Virus record (IMG/VR): IMGVR_UViG_3300002835_000001
Coordinates: 32,001-96,000 of that record
Strand: one strand, 5' to 3'
Length of the DNA stretch: 64,000 nt
DNA from: a virus
Lineage: Duplodnaviria; Caudoviricetes
Shown here one piece after another: positions 9,334 through 18,969 of the stretch (positions are counted from its first letter, which is position 1; every line of letters starts with the position of its first letter). The translations under genes and the position numbers were made by a program. Below the pieces are notes generated by a model. That model was not told where the DNA came from and ran no database searches. It was given only the letters and a program-made list of their open reading frames with translations.

Positions 9334-10728
9334 TCAATAACTTAAGAAGTCGTATTTCTCTTTTTTCCACTCTATGTTGTGATATTTTTTCATTCTTTGT
9401 GTTAATATATCAATTACTTCATTATATGAATCGGAAACTTTTGTATTTGCCTTACCATATGATTGTATTAGATTACCTTTTCTATATTGTAGGTTAATCC
9501 TTTTTCTTCCATGATGTAAAGATATAAAAATATAGATAGATCCGTGAGGAAATTGTTTAGCCATACAATTCTTCATAGTAAACCCCTCAACCCTATAATC
9601 TTCTTCTGTCAACAATACGTTTGGTTTATAAATTTCACCATTAAGGACAATATCTGTCTCTACATCATTAACAATATCTGTCGGTATTGAGTACCTAACT
9701 CTATATCCTCTGGAGAAGTGTAATTTGTATCCTAACCAAGTCTCCATATGGTTTTCAAATTCATTATCATTCTTTGCCTTAAACTTTAAATCTATTTTTT
9801 TAGCTTCCAATAAATCTCGTATTGAAAATAACTTGTTTAACGAATAAATAAGTGTGTCCGATCTTAACGTTTCGGTTTCCCAATTATTGATAGCCTTTAC
9901 CATACAATCCTTCTCAGATTCATTTTTAAGTTGGTGTGTCTTTTTGTTTGGTGGTAAATCAAAACAATGATTTTCCCACACTATTTTTTTAATGTAGTCA
10001 ATGTAATTTTCACCGAATAACTTACAAATGTAATTTAAAGAACTAATGTGTATTGGTTTACCTTCGTATTTGTTTAATTCACCAATTAAGTATCTGGATT
10101 TTATTCCATACGAATCTAGGACAGCAGGTAGGAACTTATAATCGTTCTTTACTAACCATTTCTTTTTGGGGTAATCATTTTGTATATCGTAATATATTCC
10201 ATCATGAGATTTAATATTCTTACAATCCAAATGAAAATCAACCAACATATCGTACATTCGATTAAGTGATGGTTTATCGTACTCTTTATCTTTTAAAAAT
10301 AATGATGTGAATTTAGGTCTCAATACATTCATCATCATTTCACATATTGTATCTTGAGCTCTGTGATATTTTACTCCCCAGTATCCAATTCTTTTTTCAC
10401 CTCTAATAAATCCATTATCGGTTAACTCAAACAATAAATTAAAATCATTCTTTTTAGTTTTTGTTTTGTTGTTATATGATTTCTCGTTGGTTAAATTATC
10501 GTTGATGATTTTATATGTAACAATAACGTCTCCCGTAATCGTACTAAAGGATAGGTTATGGTAAAATTGAACTTTTTTTTTGTTACCATATCTTTGGTAT
10601 TCGAAATCAAACAATGAATCGTATATGATTGTGGTACCATCATAGAACAACTTTAAATCACAGGTAGATTTTGAATTGTACTTATCTTTCTTCTCTTGGT
10701 TGTATTTAAATAATAAATCCATATACAA
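9334..10728 (-). CDS. PcfJ-like domain protein
   Basis: C-terminal EG..MKNCMA...SL...RINL ...LIQSYGKAN pattern. Confidence 0.65.
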   Translation of the reverse strand: MYMDLLFKYNQEKKDKYNSKSTCDLKLFYDGTTIIYDSLFDFEYQRYGNKKKVQFYHNLSFSTITGDVIVTYKIINDNLTNEKSYNNKTKTKKNDFNLLFELTDNGFIRGEKRIGYWGVKYHRAQDTICEMMMNVLRPKFTSLFLKDKEYDKPSLNRMYDMLVDFHLDCKNIKSHDGIYYDIQNDYPKKKWLVKNDYKFLPAVLDSYGIKSRYLIGELNKYEGKPIHISSLNYICKLFGENYIDYIKKIVWENHCFDLPPNKKTHQLKNESEKDCMVKAINNWETETLRSDTLIYSLNKLFSIRDLLEAKKIDLKFKAKNDNEFENHMETWLGYKLHFSRGYRVRYSIPTDIVNDVETDIVLNGEIYKPNVLLTEEDYRVEGFTMKNCMAKQFPHGSIYIFISLHHGRKRINLQYRKGNLIQSYGKANTKVSDSYNEVIDILTQRMKKYHNIEWKKEKYDFLSY

Positions 10729-10758
10729 AATATATATGGATTTATTGACATTGTGTAG

Positions 10759-12663
10759 TTAAAATTGGGGTTCAAATAGTCTATCGAATGTACTTTGTGC
10801 TATTGGTTCTTTCTTTTCTGGGATTACCTCAATTCCATTAATTTTAACCGGTACCTTTTTACTTTCAATACAATGTAAAATTCCCATTCTCGCGTAGGTT
10901 GTTGCTTTCCTTTTCAATTGTTCAATAGCTAAAGCAATATCTGCGGGTGGTTGTGCATTACAGAAGTGTCTTGCCTGAATCATATTACCGGTTTGACAAT
11001 CAAACTCACAGGTTACTCTATCTTTACCATCGTCAGTTCTTACTGAAATAATAATTGACCTGTCTTTATCAGAATATGATGCCACACAATGATGCATGAA
11101 TCTACCCTCTTCATCGTATTCCTCTTCTCTTTTTAAAATGTGAGGATAATATTCGGGTGTAACCCACTCTGGTTTTGATTCATCATCACTTAAATTAATC
11201 TTAACTTTAATTGGTGATTCAACATCCTCAACCATTTTATCTGCAAATCGATATTCAATAACATAACCCTTTTTAATGAACTTCATCATTTTAGATAATT
11301 CAACATGTTCCTTATCAAAGTCATCAATGTTCTTAGCCCTTAGTTGTAAATCGGGAATGAATTCACGTAACTTTTTAATCATATTAAAATGGTCATGTAA
11401 ATCACCAACAAACCTCGGGTTAATTAATGTTTCTTTTTCATGAGTTAATATTATTCTTTGGTAACCTTTAACTTCACAATTTAAATTGTTAAGAATTTTA
11501 ACAATATTTTCTTTTTCGTTATTACTGATTTGAAACTCGTGGTTTTTAAATTCTTTAGCGAACTTAAATTTAGGATGTCCACCATCTGAATAACTACTTT
11601 CGTTTGATGTATTCAAAAAATGTCTCGTTTCAATGCTGCCAATGTATTTTGAGAAGTTATCACCAAAAAAATAACATAGACGAGCCAACGAATTAATATC
11701 CATTTTACTATTCTCGTGCATTAATTTAATTGTAATTTTAGATTTGATTTCAAATAGATCTAAAATTGATGCGATGAGTTTCCTATCGTTTTTCTTTAGG
11801 AATTTTTCAGTTGGGTAGTATTTCTTAATCCAATATTCGTAGTTGTTTGATACTTTAATTTTTTTCAATTCGACAAAACGTTCTAACATTAATTGACAGA
11901 ACCACGTACCATTAAAACTAAAATTTTGATTAAGATTGAATATTTTATCTATCTCATAAATAAAATCGGTATTATTAAATGTTTCATTATATTCTTTCAG
12001 AAGAACTGAGTCATCATCTAAACATTTTCTCATGTTTAAAATTCCACCATCTTTGAATTGCATATCCAAAAAATTGAAATTGTTAGTTCTAAATGTTTTG
12101 CTTGTTTTCTTACCACTTTTATTCATGCTAAGTGTGGTAAAATTACCTGTTTTAAGGTTGAAGGTTGCCGATTCAACACTTAATGATTTTCTGAAATAGA
12201 TGTTATTAAAATCTCTATGACTATGATTACGATAAACTTTTATTGTTATCTTATCTCCATGTTTTCTAATTGAACGTTCAATTGTGGTTACCGATATCTC
12301 ACTAAACGCATTACCATAGTGTCGTTTAATGTGTCTATCGTCTCTTGTTTGGAAGTTTCTAATTGCGTAGTTTATGGTTGTTGTTTCATTTGAACCTGTC
12401 TCACCATAAAAAAACTTAGTCTTTCTTTTACCCACTTTTTCGGGAAAGTCGACCATTCTACCAACTGAGGGGTCTCTTAAATTATTAATGAGAAGTTTGA
12501 TACCTGTTTTATTTTTTTGAAACATCTCCTCATCGTTATCGAAAGGTTGTTCCCAAATAGTGGACTTGGAGTTTATTAACTCTTTCCTATCAATTAATTT
12601 AGAATAATCCTTAAATACGGTGATGGTTGCGTAATTGAACCTTTGAGTGATAATGTCTTCCAT
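10759..12663 (-). CDS. PcfJ-like domain protein
   Basis: C-terminal EEGRFMHHCVASY..IISVR..RVTCEF..QARHFCN pattern. Confidence 0.7.
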   Translation of the reverse strand: MEDIITQRFNYATITVFKDYSKLIDRKELINSKSTIWEQPFDNDEEMFQKNKTGIKLLINNLRDPSVGRMVDFPEKVGKRKTKFFYGETGSNETTTINYAIRNFQTRDDRHIKRHYGNAFSEISVTTIERSIRKHGDKITIKVYRNHSHRDFNNIYFRKSLSVESATFNLKTGNFTTLSMNKSGKKTSKTFRTNNFNFLDMQFKDGGILNMRKCLDDDSVLLKEYNETFNNTDFIYEIDKIFNLNQNFSFNGTWFCQLMLERFVELKKIKVSNNYEYWIKKYYPTEKFLKKNDRKLIASILDLFEIKSKITIKLMHENSKMDINSLARLCYFFGDNFSKYIGSIETRHFLNTSNESSYSDGGHPKFKFAKEFKNHEFQISNNEKENIVKILNNLNCEVKGYQRIILTHEKETLINPRFVGDLHDHFNMIKKLREFIPDLQLRAKNIDDFDKEHVELSKMMKFIKKGYVIEYRFADKMVEDVESPIKVKINLSDDESKPEWVTPEYYPHILKREEEYDEEGRFMHHCVASYSDKDRSIIISVRTDDGKDRVTCEFDCQTGNMIQARHFCNAQPPADIALAIEQLKRKATTYARMGILHCIESKKVPVKINGIEVIPEKKEPIAQSTFDRLFEPQF

Positions 12664-12732
12664 TGGATTAAATTAATTTCAACAAATTTATGAAAAAAAA
12701 TAATAAAATACTTATATAAAAACGTAAATATT

Positions 12733-12867
12733 ATGGCAAAAGCTAAGGGTAAAGGTGGTGCATCTTCAATGAAGGTCACCTTCGGTAAAAGAAAAAATGG
12801 AAAAGCCCAAAAATCTTGGGGTCCAAAAGCTCAAAAACCGAAGAAATATAGAGGTCAAGGTCGTTAG
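12733..12867 (+). CDS. small highly basic peptide (44 aa), not in ORF track
   Basis: manual translation MAKAKGKGGASSMKVTFGKRKNGKAQKSWGPKAQKPKKYRGQGR. Confidence 0.65.
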   Translation: MAKAKGKGGASSMKVTFGKRKNGKAQKSWGPKAQKPKKYRGQGR

Positions 12868-13349
12868 TTAAAACGTCCAGCACCCTTATATGAACGAAGG
12901 TAACGGGGTTCGGATAAGCTACTTATCTTGACCCCTTCTTTTATATTTGCAGCATGTGAAAACATATCTTTTCCTAAATAAAGACCGCAATGCCACCCAC
13001 TTGGGCTATCTTTACTCATAAAAAATACAATATCCCCAACCATTAAACTATCCTTTTTGATTCTTGTGGTTTGTTTCCATTGTTCTGCACAATTGTTCCC
13101 TAATTTCTTTCCATAGACCTCCCAATATAGTTTTTTGGTATATTGTGAACAATCTATACCGTTTTTGGTTGATCCTCCGAATTTATATCTAATCCCGTAC
13201 CATTCCATGACAAATGATTCCAATCGTTTTAGTTTTAAATTAGTGGTGTCGTTCTTTAAATGAGTCACATAATCTGAAAATTGATTTTGTGCCATAGAAT
13301 TAATATTCAATGTGAACATTAATATTACTAAAATTTTAATTTCTTTCAT
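12864..13349 (-). CDS. NlpC/P60 (C40) cell-wall peptidase with signal peptide
   Basis: YKFGG..GIDCSQY (Cys), WHCGLY (His), FSHA; hydrophobic N-terminus. Confidence 0.9.
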   Translation of the reverse strand: MKEIKILVILMFTLNINSMAQNQFSDYVTHLKNDTTNLKLKRLESFVMEWYGIRYKFGGSTKNGIDCSQYTKKLYWEVYGKKLGNNCAEQWKQTTRIKKDSLMVGDIVFFMSKDSPSGWHCGLYLGKDMFSHAANIKEGVKISSLSEPRYLRSYKGAGRFN

Positions 13350-13584
13350 TTTTTATTATATTAATTGTTATTCCCGCAGACCCTGCACTCACATTGTAAG
13401 TATTCTGTCGGTTATCATTAATCCACCCATACTTCTTAAATCTGAATATTATTACCAATTTACCTTCAAAAACGGCATAAATTGCATTATCGGCATAATC
13501 AATCGATGGGTGTATAATATGTCCTAATTTCCATGACTCTCTAAATTCTTCTTCTAATTCGTCTGGTGTAATGTGGATAAACAT
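13336..13584 (-). CDS. hypothetical protein
   Basis: ORF track. Confidence 0.6.
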   Translation of the reverse strand: MFIHITPDELEEEFRESWKLGHIIHPSIDYADNAIYAVFEGKLVIIFRFKKYGWINDNRQNTYNVSAGSAGITINIIKNERN

Positions 13585-13585
13585 G

Positions 13586-14779
13586 TTAATTACTTAATGG
13601 GGCTTTTATTGATGGGTGTGATTCGTACCCCTCAATTATGAATTGATATGGTTGTGATTCTTTTATGTGGTCTTCAAAGGTATCCCTATGATGTTCAAAA
13701 TGTGCCAATTGTATTGGACTAAACTTTAGCACTGGCAAGTTCTTATATGGTTCTCTACCAATTTGTTCTTTAGCTTGTTCAATGTGGTTAGAATACAAAT
13801 GAACATCTCCTAAGTTACCTATTAGGTCTTCTGGTATCATATTAACTTCATTTGCAAGAATCTCTAATAACAAACCATATGATGCAATATTGAATGGTAA
13901 ACCTAAGAATGTATCGACTGAACGTTGGTTCCACATTAATGATATTGCTCGTTTAGGTATCCTATAAGATTCCAATTCCTCACTTAACCCGCCACCAAAC
14001 GGAACAATGTCATCTATCATTGATTGGAACTTCTCTTCTCCCACTTTTTTCTTTAATAAATCCCACATCTCTTCTCCAGTTAATTTTCTAGTGTAGAGTT
14101 GAAATCCGTAATGACAAGGTGGAAGAACCATATGTTCTAACTCACCGACATTCCAAGCTGATACCATCAATCTTCTACTATCGGGATTTGTTTTTAGTTC
14201 ATCAATTAAGTTTTGTATTTGGTCAATGCCTTCTTTCCATATTGAAGGGCCATCTAACCCTAACGGAGTAGTGTACTCACCTTCTCTCCACCTTCTCCAT
14301 TGTTTACCATAGATTGGACCTAACTCACCAAACTCTTTTGCAAACTCATTATCTATTTTAATTAGATTAATAAATTCCTCTTGTGTTAAAGGTATTAACA
14401 AATCCGAGTTACTGAATAGTTTTTCAATGTGGTCTTGCATTCCCATAATATCACCACATTTGTATCCATCAATAATTTCATTCACTTCTTTGGTATAATT
14501 CTTATAAGCATCCCCATTCCAAATGTTACAACCATTATCAACAAGATATTTGATGTTGGTGTCACCTTTTAAAAACCATAGTAATTCGGTTACCATTGTC
14601 TTCCATGCCATCTTCTTTGTGGTAAGTAATGGAAACCCTTGTGACATCTTGTGTTTAATTTGTCTACCAAATACTGAAATAGTTCCAGTACCTGTTCTGT
14701 CCGTTTTTACGACTCCATTATCTAAAATATCTTCTAATAAATCTTGATATCTTTTATCTAATCTATTCATGTTTACCAT
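13586..14779 (-). CDS. thyA: thymidylate synthase with insertions (start possibly 14770)
   Basis: DRTGTGT, FPLLTTKK, ELLWFLKG, LGPIYG.QWR, LPPCH, NQRSVDTFLGLPFNIASY, GDVHLYSNH. Confidence 0.95.
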   Translation of the reverse strand: MVNMNRLDKRYQDLLEDILDNGVVKTDRTGTGTISVFGRQIKHKMSQGFPLLTTKKMAWKTMVTELLWFLKGDTNIKYLVDNGCNIWNGDAYKNYTKEVNEIIDGYKCGDIMGMQDHIEKLFSNSDLLIPLTQEEFINLIKIDNEFAKEFGELGPIYGKQWRRWREGEYTTPLGLDGPSIWKEGIDQIQNLIDELKTNPDSRRLMVSAWNVGELEHMVLPPCHYGFQLYTRKLTGEEMWDLLKKKVGEEKFQSMIDDIVPFGGGLSEELESYRIPKRAISLMWNQRSVDTFLGLPFNIASYGLLLEILANEVNMIPEDLIGNLGDVHLYSNHIEQAKEQIGREPYKNLPVLKFSPIQLAHFEHHRDTFEDHIKESQPYQFIIEGYESHPSIKAPLSN

Positions 14780-15141
14780 TTTGGTGATTCTAACCTTTTT
14801 ATGTTATCTTGTTCGTCTTGTCTGCTGAAATTTTCTTTATGAGCTAAAATTCTGTGAAACTCTCTATATGATTGTGGTTGGTAATTTTTTAAATGGTCAA
14901 GCCCATATTCATACTCAAATAAAATTTCAGAATATCTTTTTTCTTTAGAATCAAATCCATCTGATTGCATTTTCAAATCCATTTGTAATTCATTAATTAC
15001 GTTTTGTAATGAATCTTCCTTACAGATTGTAGTTGTCACAACGGGTGTGGGTTTATCATTAAAATACATTAATGAAACACATACCCCAAATAAGGAAACA
15101 ATTGCCCCGAATGTTAATACACTAGTATCTCTATTTTCCAT
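14773..15141 (-). CDS. membrane-anchored hypothetical protein
   Basis: N-terminal hydrophobic helix. Confidence 0.65.
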   Translation of the reverse strand: MENRDTSVLTFGAIVSLFGVCVSLMYFNDKPTPVVTTTICKEDSLQNVINELQMDLKMQSDGFDSKEKRYSEILFEYEYGLDHLKNYQPQSYREFHRILAHKENFSRQDEQDNIKRLESPKW

Positions 15142-15379
15142 GTTTATATAATTCTTGTATTTGAATGCCCATCATATATGTTAACCATCTAACTGTTAAT
15201 CCCCAAGAAGGTGTGTAGACACCAGTTTCAAGGAACTCGGTTTTATTATAAAAAAAAACAATTGTTGGTATTAAAAACCAATGGTGTCTCTTCTTATAGA
15301 TAAAAAAATCTTTACAATATTTCTTTTTCATCTTCTTTTTTATTAAACAATGAATAAATCTTAGAACGATAATTTTCAT
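15131..15379 (-). CDS. hypothetical protein (true start probably the internal MKKKYC)
   Basis: ORF track. Confidence 0.5.
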   Translation of the reverse strand: MKIIVLRFIHCLIKKKMKKKYCKDFFIYKKRHHWFLIPTIVFFYNKTEFLETGVYTPSWGLTVRWLTYMMGIQIQELYKHGK

Positions 15380-15620
15380 ACTGAGTCATTGCAATCCATT
15401 TACCAATGACACTACCTAAAATGTAAAAAATGATTCCGTAAAAATCACCTTTAAACATACCATCCAACGAATAATATGCAGAACCTAAAGCCATTAGATT
15501 TATCCAAACACTATTGAGTAATAACGCTTTAAGTTTGTTTTCGTATGTATATTTTATCTCTAACACTTTGAAAATGTTAAACATAATTTGAAAAAATAAA
15601 ATTAATAAATAATTTTTCAT
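15312..15620 (-). CDS. small multi-pass membrane protein
   Basis: three hydrophobic helices; YILGSVIGKWIAM resembles UPF0316-type proteins. Confidence 0.6.
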   Translation of the reverse strand: MKNYLLILFFQIMFNIFKVLEIKYTYENKLKALLLNSVWINLMALGSAYYSLDGMFKGDFYGIIFYILGSVIGKWIAMTQYENYRSKIYSLFNKKEDEKEIL

Positions 15621-15796
15621 TTCTTTTTAGGTTTTCTAATATAATCTAACACAAGGTTAAATGAACCAAGTGATATGACACCCCAACCAAAATATTTCAC
15701 TAACTCGGGGTCGGCACCTTTAAGTCCATACTTCTGAACTAATATTCCAGTCAATATCATCATTATGTAGATAATTTCCTTAATCTTTATTTGCAT
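15617..15796 (-). CDS. small membrane protein (59 aa), not in ORF track
   Basis: manual translation MQIKIKEIIYIMMILTGILVQKYGLKGADPELVKYFGWGVISLGSFNLVLDIIRKPKKK. Confidence 0.55.
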   Translation of the reverse strand: MQIKIKEIIYIMMILTGILVQKYGLKGADPELVKYFGWGVISLGSFNLVLDYIRKPKKK

Positions 15797-15986
15797 CTTC
15801 TTTTAATTTAGTTAAACATTTATATAACGTATTGGCTTCCATTAGGTTAAACATCCTATTTTGATTACAGAAGTCCAACGCCTTTCCAATTATTGCCAAT
15901 GCGGATTCTTTATCGATATCGCGCACAAATTGATCGAACTCATCAATATCTTCAAATTCAATTAAACCACCGAATATTGTTTCCAT
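15780..15986 (-). CDS. hypothetical protein
   Basis: ORF track; promoter directly upstream. Confidence 0.65.
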   Translation of the reverse strand: METIFGGLIEFEDIDEFDQFVRDIDKESALAIIGKALDFCNQNRMFNLMEANTLYKCLTKLKEDANKD

Positions 15987-15990
15987 ATTT

Positions 15991-16022
15991 CAAATATATA
16001 AAATTCTTTTGGTAATTCCAAA
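15991..16022 (-). promoter_or_regulatory. Bacteroidota sigma70-type promoter (TTTG-N20-TATATTTG)
   Basis: minus strand TTTG 16019-16022, 20-nt spacer, TATATTTG 15991-15998. Confidence 0.65.
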
Positions 16023-16033
16023 TAATTATAGTT

Positions 16034-16399
16034 ATGTCAGTTCACATCAATAACAAAACATTTCAAGCTGAGTACTTATCTAACTCAGAAGATATCCGTA
16101 AGGGTATGATGGGTAGAGATTCATTAGAGGGTTGTATGGTCTTTAAAATGGGTAAGGGTCACCATTCATTTTGGATGAAGAATTGCCTTATCCCACTTGA
16201 TATTGTCTTCGTTCTCAATAATAGAATAAATCAAATTCATTCTAATTGTCCTGCACCTGACCGACATCGTATGAATCCACCGAAATACGCGGGTATTGGT
16301 GACCACGTCATCGAATTTCCTGCTGGAACTACAGAGGGTTGGAAAGTAGGTGATCGTGTTGCAATGTACCTTGGAACACCTCAGAATCCTGTTCGATAG
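16034..16399 (+). CDS. DUF192 family protein
   Basis: KGMMGR..GCMVF..HSFWMKNCLIPLDIVF..VIEFPAG. Confidence 0.85.
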   Translation: MSVHINNKTFQAEYLSNSEDIRKGMMGRDSLEGCMVFKMGKGHHSFWMKNCLIPLDIVFVLNNRINQIHSNCPAPDRHRMNPPKYAGIGDHVIEFPAGTTEGWKVGDRVAMYLGTPQNPVR

Positions 16400-17072
16400 T
16401 TACCTCATCCGAATACGGTTCAATATTTGAGAAATCATATTTTACTTTTGGTTTAGTCTTTTGGAATACCCAAAAATATGAATGGTATTTACGTGCATGT
16501 TCTTGTTTTGTCCACTTAGTCCCAAAACTATTAATTCTTAGGTTGGCCACCAAGATAAACAAATCCTTTGGATAGAATCCGAATTCCATTGCCATATCCA
16601 TAACCATTGAGTGTGTAAAGTGATTTTTTCCTCCTGATACGGTATCTTGACACTTAAACACCACAATTCCATCCTTTTCTGTGATTCTATACAATTCCTT
16701 TAAGGTATTATAATAATTTTTCATTAAATGACCATAAGTTTCATAACCTTCGTATCTTTTTGCTATGATCGAACTCCCATCTTTATTATCTTTGTAGGAT
16801 TTACCTGCAATTACAAATGGTGGGTCGTACATTACACTCTTCATTGAGTTATCATCGAATGGTAGATTTTCAGAACTAGCCCTAATGATGGTATCGTTTT
16901 TTGGAAAAAGGTCCGACTTATGTTTGGGTGCGGGTAGATTCTTCCAAAAATTACCTGTTGAGTACGTACAATCTAGGTCAAATTGTACTATGTTGTACAA
17001 CCCCATGATGTTTTTTATTACCTCATCGTTTGAATTATACACACTTTTTACGGGTTTAAAATCTTTTTCCAT
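16329..17072 (-). CDS. DNA amino-methyltransferase (N6-A/N4-C)
   Basis: DCTYSTG (motif I variant), DLFP, VMYDPPF (motif IV), GIVVFKCQD. Confidence 0.75.
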   Translation of the reverse strand: MEKDFKPVKSVYNSNDEVIKNIMGLYNIVQFDLDCTYSTGNFWKNLPAPKHKSDLFPKNDTIIRASSENLPFDDNSMKSVMYDPPFVIAGKSYKDNKDGSSIIAKRYEGYETYGHLMKNYYNTLKELYRITEKDGIVVFKCQDTVSGGKNHFTHSMVMDMAMEFGFYPKDLFILVANLRINSFGTKWTKQEHARKYHSYFWVFQKTKPKVKYDFSNIEPYSDEVTIEQDSEVFQGTLQHDHLLSNPL

Positions 17073-17162
17073 TTCTTTTTTGATTTAAATTTTATATATT
17101 TTTATTAAAGTTAAGAAATAAAAACCAATAAACCAAAATATTTATAAAAAAACACACAAACT

Positions 17163-17327
17163 ATGGGATGCGGATGTAAAAAAAGAAACGAAGAACAACC
17201 GATTGAATCGGTACCATTAACAATTAAAATTGAGGAACCGACACAAGATGTTCCCCAAACTGATGATATATTTTCGGTTAGAGTTGAATCAGCCCCACCA
17301 AAAAATAATCAACAACCTCAAGCGTAG
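17163..17327 (+). CDS. small MGCGC-motif protein (54 aa), not in ORF track
   Basis: manual translation MGCGCKKRNEEQPIESVPLTIKIEEP...QQPQA. Confidence 0.6.
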   Translation: MGCGCKKRNEEQPIESVPLTIKIEEPTQDVPQTDDIFSVRVESAPPKNNQQPQA

Positions 17328-17407
17328 GTAAAATATCGGATAGGACTATTTTGTTTTGTCCGATATTTTTTTTATACTTGATATATATAATTTTATATAT
17401 TATAAAC

Positions 17408-17605
17408 ATGAAAACAGAACAAAAACTAACAAGCGTCAATATATTGGATGATGTTTACAAAAAATTTAAAACTAAATCGATTGAGGGTTCTATTAATTTA
17501 CAAAAATTAGTGAATCGTTCTATGGATTTATACAATAAAGATGAAAACTTTAGAAGTACAATAAACAATCACGTTGGATTGGCGACGACAGGATCTAAAT
17601 TTTAA
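17408..17605 (+). CDS. small putative ribbon-helix-helix DNA-binding protein
   Basis: likely start 17408, MKTEQKLTSVNILDDVYKKFK..INLQKLVNRSMDLY (beta-helix-helix pattern). Confidence 0.55.
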   Translation: MKTEQKLTSVNILDDVYKKFKTKSIEGSINLQKLVNRSMDLYNKDENFRSTINNHVGLATTGSKF

Positions 17606-17606
17606 T

Positions 17607-18968
17607 ATGAAGAAGAAAAAAATACTTTTATTATCTGACGATTTAAGGATGACATCCGGAATTGCCACTATGTCGAAAGAAATTGTGATGGGTACCATTC
17701 ACAAATATGATTGGGTACAATTAGGTGCAGCGATTAAACATCCTGAGTTCGGTAAAATTGTTGATGTTAACGACGATATTAGAACAAGGACCGGTGTTAA
17801 AGATGCTAATTTGAAAATTATTCCGTATAATGGTTATGGTGACGTTGGTATTCTTCGTAAATTAATAGACGATGAGAAACCAGATGCCATTTTACACTTT
17901 ACTGACCCACATTATTGGCAGTGGTTATATGATGTTGAGCATGAGATAAGACGACACACTCCAATATTATTTTATCATATATGGGATGATTTACCGGACC
18001 CACAATACAATAGAGATGTTTTTGAATCTTGTGATTGGTTGGGTTGTATATCTAAACAAACGTATGGTATCGTACATCGTGTTGGTAAGAGAACTGATAA
18101 AGTAACATTTAATCCATTAAAGGATTGGCAAATTAGTTATGTTCCTCATGGTATTAATCCTGATTTATTTAAACCATTGGATAGAATATCGGATGATATT
18201 AATAATTTAATTCATGGTGATAAGAAATATGATTTTGTTTTATTCTTTAACAGCAGAAACATTAGAAGGAAACAACCAAGTGATGTGATTTATTCATTTA
18301 GATTGTTCTGTGATATGTTACCAAAAGAAAAGGCGGATAAGTGTTTGTTACTAATGCACACGAATCCTGTTGATGAGAATGGTACCGACTTACCTGCTGT
18401 AATTGATGCTGTTTGTAAAGATTACGACGTTAAGTTCACCAATTTAAAATTGGAACAAGATAAATTAAATGAAATTTACAATGGTGTTGATTGTACGATT
18501 AACATTGCAAACAATGAAGGATTTGGATTAACAACTGCTGAGAGTTTAATGGCGGGTGTACCAATCATTGTTAATGTTACTGGTGGTTTACAAGACCAAT
18601 GTGGATTTGATTATACAGAAGATGATTACATTAATGTAGGTACACTTCACAATAAAGAAGTACATGGTAACATAAATCATGGTGACTGGGTTGAACCTGT
18701 TTGGTCGTCAGCTATTAATTTGAATGGTTCGGTACTAACACCATATATCTTTGACGATAGAGTTAATGACAATGATGTTGCAAATGCCATCATGGAGATG
18801 TATAAAATTGGTAAGAAGAAAAGAAAAGAAAAAGGATTAAAGGGTAGGAAGTTTATGATTAACAATCTATCAAATAAAATAATGTGTGATAAAATGATTG
18901 AGGGTATTGAACAAACCTTAGAGAATTTTAAACCAAGAAGTAAATTTAATTTATACAAGATTATATAA
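17607..18968 (+). CDS. glycosyltransferase family 4 (GT-B)
   Basis: KILLLSDD..SGIA; NEGFGLTTAESLMAGVPIIVNVTGGL; likely start 17607. Confidence 0.85.
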   Translation: MKKKKILLLSDDLRMTSGIATMSKEIVMGTIHKYDWVQLGAAIKHPEFGKIVDVNDDIRTRTGVKDANLKIIPYNGYGDVGILRKLIDDEKPDAILHFTDPHYWQWLYDVEHEIRRHTPILFYHIWDDLPDPQYNRDVFESCDWLGCISKQTYGIVHRVGKRTDKVTFNPLKDWQISYVPHGINPDLFKPLDRISDDINNLIHGDKKYDFVLFFNSRNIRRKQPSDVIYSFRLFCDMLPKEKADKCLLLMHTNPVDENGTDLPAVIDAVCKDYDVKFTNLKLEQDKLNEIYNGVDCTINIANNEGFGLTTAESLMAGVPIIVNVTGGLQDQCGFDYTEDDYINVGTLHNKEVHGNINHGDWVEPVWSSAINLNGSVLTPYIFDDRVNDNDVANAIMEMYKIGKKKRKEKGLKGRKFMINNLSNKIMCDKMIEGIEQTLENFKPRSKFNLYKII

Positions 18969-18969
18969 T

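Noticed and set aside
13586-14779. dCMP hydroxymethylase or a DNA hypermodification enzyme
   Set aside because: The active-site Asn (PFNIASY) fits a dUMP-specific ThyA.
16329-16399. Convergent overlap of DUF192 and the DNA methyltransferase as a toxin-antitoxin or restriction-modification system
   Set aside because: No nuclease partner is visible; a short 3' overlap of convergent genes is common in compact phage genomes.
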